Positions 13,701 to 37,020 of a DNA stretch of 64,000 nucleotides are shown here, one piece after another. This DNA comes from Oopsacas minuta. Taxonomy: Eukaryota; Animalia; Porifera. The first letter of the stretch is position 1, and every line of letters starts with the position of its first letter. The DNA is taken from positions 124,001 to 188,000 of the forward strand of contig JAKMXF010000277.1 in assembly GCA_024704765.1 (NCBI GenBank), given 5' to 3'. The position numbers and the translations under genes were made by a program. The notes under the pieces were generated by a model, which was not told the origin of the DNA, searched no databases, and saw only the letters and a program-made list of their open reading frames with translations.

Positions 13701-16700
13701 AAATTAGAATTGCATAAGCTAACATAGAATCCAATGATTCTCATTAACAAGTTAGAATTCACAAAATAAAGATTGCAGACAAAACATTATTGAATGATTT
13801 CTAACCGAAAAATATAGATTCATATCCACTATTTTACCACAAAGAATTATCCATGTTTATAATGCAATTTTGAGTGATGAACGTGCTATTTGTGACATAA
13901 AGAAATAATTCGGAAGTATAGATGTAACGAGACACCACATAATAAGTTTTGGTATTCTTAAGCAAATTATGGTGATGAATATTCACATTTTCATAGTTAC
14001 CCTTGATCTTTGAAGGATTATTGTGTTGGTGAAGTCTATTTTTTAGTTCTAGCGCTTTAACTTGAGCGCTTGGAATAGTTCACATTTAGATAGTAGAAAT
14101 AAGCAGACTGACAAAATTAACTTGAAAGTAGAGGGCCTTCATATTGGCTTAAAAGATATAATCTAAGCAGATTGTTGGTAAAAGCATATTGAATGAATAA
14201 TTTCTACGTATAAAACTAATGTTACAACACTATTACTGCAGTTGTTGAAATGACTAATACAATTAATTAATCACCTGGCTGATAGATATCTAATTATAAT
14301 AGATCATAGTTCTAGTGTCTAATCAATTTGAATAATTTCGCGTCTCTCATATTGTATATACATATAGTGCGCAGACGATTGCAAAGAAACATATGATAGA
14401 TGTATTCAACAGTTTCTTATGTATTACAATGAGAGTTCGAGGTTTAGCACAAAAATAGAGTAAACGTTTTTGTTGAAGACAAATTAGATTTGAATTGTTT
14501 CGGCGTTTTACCCATAGAACTTTATTGCGTCTATTGACTAACTAAACAAAATTCGGGCGAGACAATATATTTTAACAATAGAATAGGGAAAAGTTACATT
14601 GCTAATGACAGCTTCGATAATCATTAAATTTCCAGAATCAGTTAAAAATCTACTTGCTGAGTGATGCAAGAATTAAGTAGAGAAACGTCCACGACATTTG
14701 GTGTATGTTAAATATGCTCTAAACATAAACTCAGAGTCTAGCATCAAACCATATGCAATAGGAATTTAAGTACTAGTATAAACAACATTTCTAGTGTATA
14801 CGAGCTTTGTCTAGAATACTTCATGCCAGATTTATTGGCGCTCCGCTCTACAGCTGTACACTAATTAGCTCCTAATTGAACTAGTTAGTCACAATTAACA
14901 TTAGTGTCTTAATGATAGTATCAGTTAAACCCATTAAGTTAACTAGGAGAGGTAGGAGCTGTAGAGGTGGCCAGTCATGGATGTAATCATCTTACTCTGG
15001 TTATAGGCGATTGTAAAATGACACACGTTAAGAGAATAAGTGAACTCTAAATTGAGAAAAGAATAGAATATGTGACCTTCTATCATAGATATATAGATAT
15101 GTGTAAAATTTCGAATTTATAAAGTTTGGTATTAACTGATGTAATATAAAGCACTGGTGGTTGAGTAAGTAAATGTAACTTTACATAAAGATGAAAAGTA
15201 TAGGAGATGAAAACTATTGATAAATAATAATGTTGGTGCAGTCGTCTGTTTTACGATAAATTGCTTTCCCGGTGGAGGGAATTTCGGTCGACTGTTACAA
15301 TTCTGAATTCTTGCATAATGTATATTTCTTTAAATTGAGCGCGTTTACTGAATTGATTGATCTATAATTTATCTATTTAAGAGGTAACTGCTAATGGCGC
15401 TTAAATCAATTATCCTAGAAGGATGATAGAAACAAAATTTGTCAAAGTTATTTTCTATATTCGGCGGGATATTTCAAAGTAGAAAATAGGCAGCATTGCA
15501 GTAAAATTTCAATCAGAAAAATTTTAAAAGAAAATTCAAAACTACAAAAATAAAAGAAAAACGATAAAAGAAATTGGAAATTACAAAGAAGAAAATTAAC
15601 GAATATTAATTGACCAAAATTTGAACAATTATCGTTGAATTTTCTATAAGGAAATACGGCAAAGCTTCTTCTCATGATCACGACAAACAATCCGAGAAGA
15701 GGGCAACCTATCCACCAACGCTATACTGTAAAAAGTAGAATGAAAATCTAAGAAAAATTCATCACAAGAATTTGGTAGAAATATAAAAATATTCAAAAGA
15801 ATGGTAATAAAAATAGTAGAAAATTGTCGCAAAAAAAGATACTGGATTATTATATCAAAAGCGCGGACCTGGAAAAAAATGTAATTTTCTACTAAAGAAA
15901 AATTGTATACTCGCAAATTTTGTGGTCTCTAACTGATAGCTACCCATGCGGTTGTATACTTAAGTATATAAATACCTGATAAAATTGAGACAATTGAATT
16001 TCAATAATCAGGACCAACAGCACTGTACTCACAGAAAACTATCCAAAAATATCATTCTACAGGTTTGTTTCATAAATATTCCAATTTCTATACATTAAAA
16101 TGTGGTTATATTTGTTAAAAATATCTGAGAGGAATATATACTTTTCAAGCGCTGAATTACGAAAAATATCACCCCAAACTGGCTGATAATTAAACAAACA
16201 TCTAATTAAAATAACAAATTTTTTATCTTCAAAAAGTATTGGATTAAAAAAAGTTACATTTTGAAATAAACTTCATTTTGATCATCACACTTTATATAAT
16301 AAATAATTTGGGGTTATCATAATGGAAGTGGCACAACACATTCTCAGTTCGGTGATTATTTTACATGAACGTAGGCAATATGTAGGCAATATGCAAGCAT
16401 ACAAGTAAGACAAATGACCAAAATTAATTGCCTCTGACTTTGTGGATCTTTGTGTATTTTGGAAACACAAATTTCTCGAAACTTTACTTTAAATCCGAGC
16501 TGAAATAATAAATAAAATTCGAACACTATCCTAGACGTTGTGCAAAACACAAAAAGTATTTCAAATTATGACTTATTTTGAAGTTATATTGGAGAGACAG
16601 AATTAAATTTCCAATGTATCTGACCATAATTTTTCAAATTAATTATCGAGTTAGATCTAATCAAGTCATTTCCAATATGGTTAACAATATATAAATCTGT

Positions 16701-16901
16701 TGGCTTGAAAGTCATTTATTGGTTTCACGTATATCCAATCAACAAATTAAATATGTCACCACCAAATGTAATTAGTGGAACGAAAATGCAACTCGATAAG
16801 AATAAAAAAGAGGTTGTATTGGATAAACAGGTGTAATATGATGCCAGGGTAAATTTGAAATTCTATGTTTGGAGATAGTGTATTGAACATCTGAAAAAAT
16901 T

Positions 16902-17012
16902 CAATTAGAATACCAAAATATGTAGAGTAATATACATGTTGTTGTTGTATTTCCTGCTGAGAACAAATCAACAACATGTATATTACTCTACGTATTTTGG
17001 TAATTCTAATTG
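16902..17012. repeat. Near-perfect inverted repeat / long hairpin (43-44 bp arms, 24 nt loop)
   Basis: Left arm 16902-16944 caattagaataccaaaatatgtagagtaatatacatgttgttg is complementary to right arm 16969-17012, except for one bulged base and one T:G pair. Confidence 0.9.
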
Positions 17013-17215
17013 TACAATAATATTAATAGAATTCATCATATGGTAATACAAGCTTTCCTGGAGCAATTATGAGTAGTTTAGAGTTGAAATGCACTGAATA
17101 TTATGTCTATACTAATATTCTATTCCTTTGAATTAACAAAAAACATTTATACCATGCAATAAAGAAGAGATAGCTTACTTACTTAATTATTGTTAGAACA
17201 AATCGTATATAAATA

Positions 17216-17365
17216 CAATTAACTTCTGTTATGTTGAAGCTCAAGGTACAGCGATAATTACTTCGATATAATGGATGTAATTTATGTTACTTTGACGGTT
17301 CGGGACCACATTTGTACAATTTCAGGCTTCGATATATTCGTGTTCTATGTAACGGGAGTTGATTG
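17216..17365. mobile_element. Tc1/mariner (Tigger/pogo-like) MITE, family A
   Basis: TA on both flanks; degenerate termini CAATTAACTTCTGTTAT ... GTAACGGGAGTTGATTG; internal motif ttatgttactttgacggttcgggaccacatttgtaca shared with other copies in the window. Confidence 0.75.
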
Positions 17366-19500
17366 TATTTCTAACTTCAGAAATTAATAGAACATGTCCA
17401 TAGGTAGATATGTGATGTGAAAAACAAGGCATTGACAATTCTCAAAAGTTTAACAAGGGTCAACTATAAATTGTAACTCTCACTTAAGTTTAGCCTATTA
17501 TTGAACATACTTGTTTTCCCAACTCAGCAGTGATTACTTTGTAAGTTAATTCAGTTCTGATTGTGCAAGAAACTCTTTGTATTACCATATAAGGAAACAC
17601 ATATTAATGGCCTCGAAGCAAATAAATTAGACTAAAGCTTTTAGCGGTAAAATTGATCTAATAATGTATTGTTTAGGCGCCTAAGTTATGAAATAATAGC
17701 AAATGCTATTGTGTAAATTATAAAAATAGATTCCCTGAGCGCCATATTCAGATAGCGCATTTATTCTGGGCGGGAACAAGAGTATGTAAACCAGACACTA
17801 TAAATACAAAATACCATATCCCCCAATGGTTAGAAAGAATACCTTACTATTTAAATTGAATTATCATTCTACAAGAATAATTTCTAAGTCATGAGTATCA
17901 TCACATGACATCGGTCCAGGAATTCTGATGTTGAGTCTATTCCCAATATTTCCAACTCCGGTTTCACATTACCCGTATATTATTATCAATACTTGAAAGA
18001 ACAAAATATACATTCAAATTGATGAATGAATATCTATGTAGATTGCATATTGTAATGTAAATAAATGTATTGCAATGATTAATGTATTTATCTTATCGGA
18101 TATGGTTCTCTTATTTCAAGTTATAATAAGAATTATCAAAGTAAGTGCGTAGCTCATAAAATAATGTTAAGATTTTATTCGTTTATATTTTTAGCAAAAT
18201 ATTGTGCTACAAAATTATAGCAACATATTTAGTGACGTAATCATGGGATTTGTAATATGTCGCTACGAACAAAATCCAACCATTTTTTGCTCAATACAAA
18301 TCCAGAATAGTTGTCTTTATCATGAATTAACAATATTGATATTCATTGGGGTATTCCTAATTAATTAAAACATGATTCTGTTGTTTAAGCGCGGTCAAAC
18401 AAATTTCTTCAGATGACAAAGGCAAGTTTTACTTCAAAGAAACTGCCAATTCCATGAATGTACGAACTTTCCATTTTTCATTACTTCTTATAAATGTGGT
18501 AATCTATTTTAAAGAAATTGGTATTCAAATTGGAAAGAATACACCATATAAGAAGATTGAGCAAACTCATTTTTTCATATATAGAATTTGCTGAACATTG
18601 AAACTTTTGCATAATTTCAAAAAATTTGTGTTTTGCTCGTATAATTTTCAAATTTACAAAAGTAGGAATATTCTAAGTAAATCTCTATGTATACTTACAG
18701 TTTTTATTGACAAAAGTTATGAAAATGGAGCAATAATAGGAATTATAGCAATTGGAGTATACAAACAAGTATTCTATTGTTGATTTTCTTAGAAAAACCC
18801 GTATTAGGCGTATAAGAAATAAATTCCCTTTCAAAACCATAAAATTGTAAAATTATAAATCCTTGCAACTGGCAAAAGTCTCTTTAGTAAATTTCTTAAA
18901 TAAAATGTAAATCTGTAAACTGGCTATAACATGATTCAGGAATAAATTCTAACACATGTGCATTCAAATATGAACTTTAGAATGGCCTAACAATTCTAGA
19001 AAGATTTTTTAGTATTCTTTGAAAGAAAATATACAAAAATGTAGAAACCGAATGTGAATGATGTGTTATAATTCATGATATATACATACAAGTGAAATAT
19101 GTATTAAATCAACTATTTCGAATTGAAAGTAACATACAAATGTCTCTTTGCTCTATAGATTGAACAGTATAAATACATTTGAATACTCCAGGAAGAAAAA
19201 GCAATATACAATTTGAAAAGACACTAATTTTTGGTTTTTAGATCATAACAAATGAGTTGTAAAGTTGAAACTATGCATATTCAGGTGAGATTATTCACCA
19301 ACAAATATCTAATTACAGTAATTCAAATGAATATTTATGCAAATATTAATATAAATTGGTGGAATTGTGATAATAAAATAACATTTCCTAAACGGAATAT
19401 ATTTGCTTAGACCTTTTTCTGAGCGATTATAATTCTCAATTTAAATGTCTTTGGAAAATAAGTTTACATTTGATAAGGTAAGGAGAAATTGATTTACAAT

Positions 19501-19640
19501 TGATTTGGGCGGGAAACATCATTTACGCGCGGGGAAAATAAAACCCTGTTACCCGCGCTTAAAGTAAGCGCGTAAATTAGGGATTACTGATTGAGTAATA
19601 ATTCTGGAATTTATATTGATATTTTTATAGAAACTCGCGG
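19501..19640 (+). promoter_or_regulatory. CpG-rich proximal promoter patch upstream of the EGR-like gene, with E2F-like sites
   Basis: Cluster of CGCG/GGCGGG words in otherwise very AT-rich DNA: ggcgggaaa (reverse TTTCCCGCC), tttacgcgcggggaaaa, cccgcgc, aagcgcgtaaa; ends 30 nt before ATG 19670. Confidence 0.45.
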
Positions 19641-19669
19641 ATCAACTACCAAGCTGTAGTGTACCTAAA

Positions 19670-30820
<11,151 letters not shown>

Positions 30821-31620
30821 AATTATTATTTAAATAAAGATTTGAATCCCTCAATAACAAGAATTTTACAGCGCTAGATCTCTTCGCAAAAATTTGCAAT
30901 TGTTAATACCTCATAAGTTTGGAAAAAATGCTTCAAATATCTCTATTGGAGGCATTCAAGATCACTTTTGAATAAATAAATACTTTTTTTCATTGTATAT
31001 TATCTATACGCAGTTTTTGTGTGATGCCTTGTATATAGTACATGTGTTACAATCCCATTTTAATTTATTGAATATTAAAGCTCAAAATGTATATTGTATA
31101 TATGATAATAATTCTAGCATATTGTGTACTTGCCAACCACAAGAAATCCAAGGAAATATTAGCGAATTTCAGTGTTTAATTCTCAAATAACTGCTTGGAA
31201 TTCAAAGAAATAAAATCAGTTAACTAACTTGAGCTTGGGGTTTACTTAACTTTTTGAATTCGCCAATTAGAAGGCAAATTCAGCGAACAAAATTTCATTT
31301 TTTCAGCACTATAAAGCCGATAAAATAACATTTCCTCCAACTCCTGAACTCGCTTACTTACGTAGTAAAATCACGCGTACGGAGAAACAATTTATACTTA
31401 CTATACTGATTTCTCAAAAACTAACATACACGCACTCATAGTTAATGTAATATGATATAAATAAAATCAATTTCTAATTGATCTAATTGTATATGTGTAG
31501 GAGTATGCTTCTGACTCAGATGCATAAATACTGAAGACTGAAGAAATTATCCAAAATGTGAATTATTGTTGTCTTCTCAAAATACGTTGATTGAAAATTC
31601 TCAAAATATTCAAAAGAGTG

Positions 31621-33738
31621 ATGGCAATGTTTATAAGAACGGTAAGTATAATCGACGGGACGCTATCCGACTCTGATAGGAATTAACCTGTCGCGATCAG
31701 TGTCGCAAAGGGAAATTGAAATAATCCCAATCTTTTGAAACACAAAAATCTAAGCTTTGGTTTGAAAGACAAATAAGCATCTTGAAATATAATATACACT
31801 TGCTTTCCAACTTTCCTAATTTTGGCGGGATTCGCCGTCTTTCAGGACGTGTACTGAGGCTAATGTCCCGCCGAAACTTGCTGAAAACATTAATTACCCC
31901 GCGTTTTTTGTAACTTCCGTCCCGCTTTTTACTTCACTAAAGTGACAAGTAGACTCGGATTAACAATTAGAGTCAACGTTAGTCGGGTCAAAATGGCCTA
32001 GTCCCGATGTGACCCTATTTAGCCGAGTCCATTGTAAATCGATACTCATAAACTTCCTTCATATATCGTGCATATTCAGACGTCCTTAGAGAGGAGAGGA
32101 ATTAGAATACCTCAATACAGAGGCTGTGTATACAGCCTAGCAATGGATATCGGAGAAAGCTACAATATATATAGTCATTTCATTAATTCAATACAAACAC
32201 ATTTTCCAGAACACTTCAACGATATTCTTAAAATAATATCAATTCAAGTACCACCAAGTTCTTATGAAAGGAGAATCTTAACTTTGAATGTTCTCAATGA
32301 GTTAGAATTTCTTGGAGTTTACTCGATACTAGAAGCAAATTTCACTGGCTTGGATAAGATATTGCGTAACGCAGCTGGGAAAGAATGCAAAGATATAGCG
32401 GACACTTTTATGGATGATCTAGGAGAATTCTCAGATTGGGATTCTCCATTGAACTCGGGTACTTCGTCTGATGGTCAGATAAAGAAAATTGAATGTTACT
32501 ACTTACGAAATGAAAATAATGGAAGTCGGCGAATACATTCCGATGAAAAAATACTCGATTATAACGATTCGTGTGACTATAGGGATATCCTCAAAAATTG
32601 TGGTCTAGACGTCACTGAAAAAAACTCGCGACTTTTCTACCAGTTATGGGAAGATATAGACAATGAAAATGCTAAAACAACAAAAATATTCAAGTATCTC
32701 ATATTTATAATGATTGGCTACATTCCAACTGAAAGAGAATATATATTTATGATGAACGACACAAGACAAGGAAATACGAAACTCCTCACATTCGCCATAC
32801 TTGCCCATCTAGTTGATAAGCTGAATAAATGGTATTATGGTAAGAATATCATTGTAATTAACCTCACACAGCCTCTACCGAATAATTATCCTAAATACGA
32901 AGAAACGGTAATATCAAATGATGAAGTTTTTCCAGAAGGATTCGGGTATATACATATACATGCTGATAATAGTAAAGCAATGATAGAGGGTTTATTAAGC
33001 AAAGAGTTCACTGAAAAATGGGTGAAAAGCGACGATTATTTACGCACAATAAAACAAAATATACAAAACCTTCCAAATATTCAACTTATAACGTATCATA
33101 ACCCGTTCACCTCATCTTTGAAAATGGAAATGGATTCAGCAATATTCGTAGCTAATGTTCTGCGGCCGAAAAACATATTAATGTGCAAAATCAGAATTAA
33201 TGAAAAACAGACTGAAGTGGTCAGAAGGTTTTATAAACAAGATCTAGTGGAAGGGAATGATAAGCGAATTTTATCAAATATTACATATGAGAACGACCAT
33301 ATAAAATGTGTACCATTAGAAGAGCAAATAAAGGAAATCTGTCATAATAAAAACTACGAACTATTCGTGTTCGTTATAGCGTCAAAAGACCCGGTTGCAG
33401 GAACTTTTTACGATGAAATGGTGGACATTTGTTGTGAAAATATACCACAGCCAGCGAGAAACCAGCCAAAGATATTTCTTATCGATGCCGAAATGAAACA
33501 AGGACAAAAACATTCTCAACCAAAAGTACAACCGGAAACTTACCGAATGTGTTCATGTATCAAACATGAGCACTGGGAAGATTCAATAATATCCCATTTC
33601 CGAAAATTATTAGATGAAGACAAACATGGAAAATACGAATTGAAAAGACATTTGAAGACTGCACAGGGCATTGGGCTCAAGGATAAAATATACTTTGATG
33701 ACCAGTTGAATACTTGCATATATCTAGACTCTGTTTAG
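31621..33738 (+). CDS. Putative DED-like death-fold plus catalytically inactive caspase-like protein (c-FLIP-like architecture), ~559 aa
   Basis: Long uninterrupted exon 32080-33738. Probable micro-exon 31621-31641 (MAMFIRT, donor GTAAGT, phase 0 matching acceptor attcag at 32079). C-terminus aligns by eye to the caspase fold: YELFVFVIASKD (cf. CFVCVILSHG) and PARNQPKIFLIDAEMK (cf. SLAGKPKLFFIQACRG). N-terminal helical segment YRGCVYSLAMDIG...VLNELEFLGVYS...GLDKILRNAAG resembles a DED. Confidence 0.6.
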
Positions 33739-33867
33739 TGGATAATCTAACAATTAGTGTATATTGATTGACAAATATGCAAATATTACTTATTATGTGT
33801 GGGTGTGTAATTTGTGTTATAATAAATACATTATTAAGGAGTAGGCAGTAGTGTAATTCCCATAGAG

Positions 33868-34116
33868 CAACGGTTCCCAACCTGGAGTCCATGGATTTGA
33901 CCCCTTGGTGGTCGAAGGACGACACCAGGAGTCCACAGGATCACAAAACATGTACAGTGAATGCAGGTCATAGGAACCCCCTTTGGGAGTAGCAATACAT
34001 GTTCTTACAGCCGGTATAAAATATACAGGAATATATGAGAACCGGTTTCCAAAGGATGATGTGTATATCCGGTGTTATAACCGGGATCCATGAGTGAAGA
34101 AGGTTGGGAACTGCTG
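33868..34116. mobile_element. hAT-family non-autonomous element with intact 8-bp target-site duplication
   Basis: TIRs CAACGGTTCCCAACC / GGTTGGGAACTGCTG; identical 8-bp TSD ccatagag at 33860-33867 and 34117-34124; contains an internal family-D fragment (~33960-34090). Confidence 0.85.
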
Positions 34117-34363
34117 CCATAGAGTAAAGAGGGCCTCAAAAATCTCTCAGCTCGTACTTAAATATTCGAGGGGACTGCAACAAGAACAAAATATGCATTA
34201 TCTACAAACCACATATTTGAAAAAAACAGTAACAATTTATAAGAAAAAATAATTCGATTGGATAAATATACAATGCAGTAAATCGCATAATTAAAATAAT
34301 AACCCCAAAGTCACAAAATGTGGAGATATAAATATCTGTTTCTAAATTGGAGAAAATTCAAAT

Positions 34364-35294
34364 TTAATAAATATCAGGACATTTATGAAAATTCTGCTCC
34401 AAATATTTGTAATTAAATAGCCACTCCTCTTTCTTGGTAGCAGGATTTGGCACCAAATCAAACCACAACGGCGTCCATGTCTCACCCCTTGCTTCACGTA
34501 GCCTTCTGGCAGCTCGTTGCTTCTCTTCCAAACGATGTTTCTCTGCAGAAGCTCGCTCTAAATCTCCGTTTTCAAGGAATGAAATGTCAGGACGGAATCT
34601 TGCATCAGTTGGTGGTAAATTCATATTTTCACGTAATTCATTCAAAGCAATGGAAAACTGTGGCATATTGAAGTATTGTTCAGAATTTGGCAATCTATAA
34701 ATTGAAAATATGCGTAATATAAATGAACCTCAATAAACCAGGAAATTGGTAGAATGGAAAACGGGGTCCCTGTCACCACATTTGTGGAGGTGACACTGTA
34801 CCATGAATCGAGAGATGTAATTGACCCTTTTATAAAGTTCGTATAGAACAACTTACTTTGGAATTGCTTTACACAATAATTTAGAATCAGGGCCTTTACT
34901 CAGATTTGAATGAGCTTTGATCCTTTTATAGGTTTCAGGGGTACAGCTCCAAACCTCATTGTTCCAATTGCCATAAAGATTCCTTAATTCTTTACCGTTT
35001 TTATCAACGAGTACACCTTCTACTGCATGCAACTCACGGTTGTTGAACCAATTTTTCTTTTTGAAGTTCAAATTTAGCTTATGACCAGTAGTATGGTTTA
35101 CAAAGTGCATAACTCCGTGTCTTTCCAACCAAATATTTCCTAGATTGAATATAGCTTGAAGTAGCCTATAAGGGTCCACCCAAATCATGACAAATCTCAT
35201 CTTTGTAGGTTCGGCGAGACATAACACTCAACGAATGTCAAACGTCCCGCCAAAAACGGGGAAAATTCTAGATACGTAATTGAAAATTCACACA

Positions 35295-35345
<51 letters not shown>

Positions 35346-36157
35346 CATATTAGTACTAATTCGTTACAGGGACGCCATTACATCACATTTCGCTAGTTTA
35401 TCCTCTTCAATCTTTACATAACGATTGAACACACAAACTTACCCATAATAATATTTCTTGCAGAACAAGGCGGTACATTACTAAGAGTAATCAAAGTCTC
35501 AACTTCACCGTTTTCATCTAAGAATTCATAATTGAATGTACCGTCTATAAGGATATCAATGCTGGTGCCCCAGAACTTAATGCTCTGTCCGATAAAACCG
35601 CGTACTCGAATTTTGGGCAACTGAAAATGGATCGCAGAAATCGGCGGATGATGGCTAACTTGCTCCGTAACAAAATAGAAGTCTTTATTATTATTCATGA
35701 TTTCATATGTTTCACCTAAAAGAGGGTTAAATGGCTTGTAGATACGGTGAGCAAGCGAAGATTGTGAGACAGCGAACACTCCTGCGATGTATTCAAGTCG
35801 CTCAATGGGATCTGTCGTATTCATCAAGTTATACATATCACCTCCATGAGAAAAACATTCGAAATATTTTTGCAAAGTACTCAAAGGTTCATTTAGGATA
35901 ATTGGCAAGGAAATGTGTGTCAAATCATTGCCAACGAATTCCTTCAACATCGACCAAATACTGAATCTCTGAACTGGGCTACGCCCAGGGAGCTCTTGAC
36001 GCGGATCTGAAAATGGTAAAATGGAGAAATCTTTCGAACGAATTTCATCTTCAGGAGCAAAACTTCCTGCAAAAATTTTCGTTGAATTTGGAGCAAGGTT
36101 TTCACAACTCGCATCATGGAATATTTCTTGTTCGGTGTTTTCCATAGTTACACTCAT
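34364..36157 (-). CDS. Short oxysterol-binding protein-related protein (FFAT + ORD; OSBPL1/OSBPL2-like), paralog A, 3 exons, ~442 aa
   Basis: Exons 36157-35443, 35139-34857, 34694-34364 (1329 nt). FFAT-like EQEIFHDASCE; ORD motifs WSMLKEFVGNDLTHISLPIILNEPLSTLQ, YKPFNPLLGETYE, EQVSHHPP, TDARFRPDISFLENGD, KHRLEEKQR, CPDIY C-terminus. Confidence 0.9.
34720..34798. mobile_element. MITE family C (copy 2), in OSBP paralog A intron 2
   Basis: AAATGAACCTC ... TTTGTGGAGGTGACACTG|TA. Confidence 0.7.
35289..35342. repeat. (CA)n microsatellite with one interruption, in OSBP paralog A intron 1
   Basis: About 54 bp of CA repeats visible directly in the sequence. Confidence 0.97.
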
Positions 36158-36441
36158 CAGTTATGGGCGAAAATGGAAAATGCTGTAATAATATGAAAAA
36201 ACAAAGAGAAAATTGTAGAAAATACAAAAAGTAACTTTATATATATATATACGAGTTATATACGATTTCATGGGGTAAATTATAAATAGAATTTTGCCAA
36301 AATGCCACGTATAGAAAGTATATAGAGACACAATAAAGTGTAAGAAATATCAAATTAGAAAACAAAACATAATGGAAAGTAATCAAATACTTAGAAGTAC
36401 AAAAATAATATGAAATTACTTCATAAAGATTAATATAATCG

Positions 36442-36747
36442 AATTTAATAAATATCAGGACAGTTTTCAAAATTCTGCTCCAAATATTTGTAATTAAATA
36501 GCCACTCCTCTTTCTTGGTAGCAGGATTTAGTGCCAAATCAAACCACAACGGCGTCCATGTCTCACCCCTTGCTTCAGTAGCCTTCTAGCAGCTCGTTGC
36601 TTCTCTTCCAAACGATGTTTCTCCGCAGAAGCTCGCTCTAAATCTCCGTTTTCAAGGAATGAGATGTTATGACGGAATCTTGCTTCAGTTAGTGGTAAAT
36701 TCATACCGCCACGTAGTTCATTCAATGCAATGGAAAACTTTGGCATA
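36442..36747 (-). pseudogene. Orphan, frameshifted duplicate of the terminal exon of OSBP paralog A
   Basis: Aligns to 34361-34667 with about 20 substitutions (manual count, ~93% identity) and a 1-bp deletion near 36577 (cttcagta vs cttcacgta). Lacks the first 27 nt of the exon and its splice acceptor. Confidence 0.88.
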
Positions 36748-37020
36748 GTCCCAAACGTCAATTCATATACGATAGATTCCGGCTATTATAAAGTCCTATT
36801 TTGCGAGAAATCATTGCAAATATGCGAAATTTGATATGAGCTCTATTTCTGTGAAAAAATTGTTACAATGCGAATATTGGTATCGAATGAATTATAAACC
36901 ATTTATCGTAAAAGTTATAGAAACCAGTAGATTTAGAAAGTAGTTAATAGGCATGAAACACAAAAGAAAATACGTTGAATAAAAGTGAGAAAGTTGCACG
37001 AAAAAGTACACAATTTGGAA

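Noticed and set aside
15450-15920. A-rich strand-biased stretch with a faint resemblance to a Tigger/CENP-B HTH (RGQPI...)
   Set aside because: Multiple stops, low complexity and no DDE region; the similarity is too weak to call.
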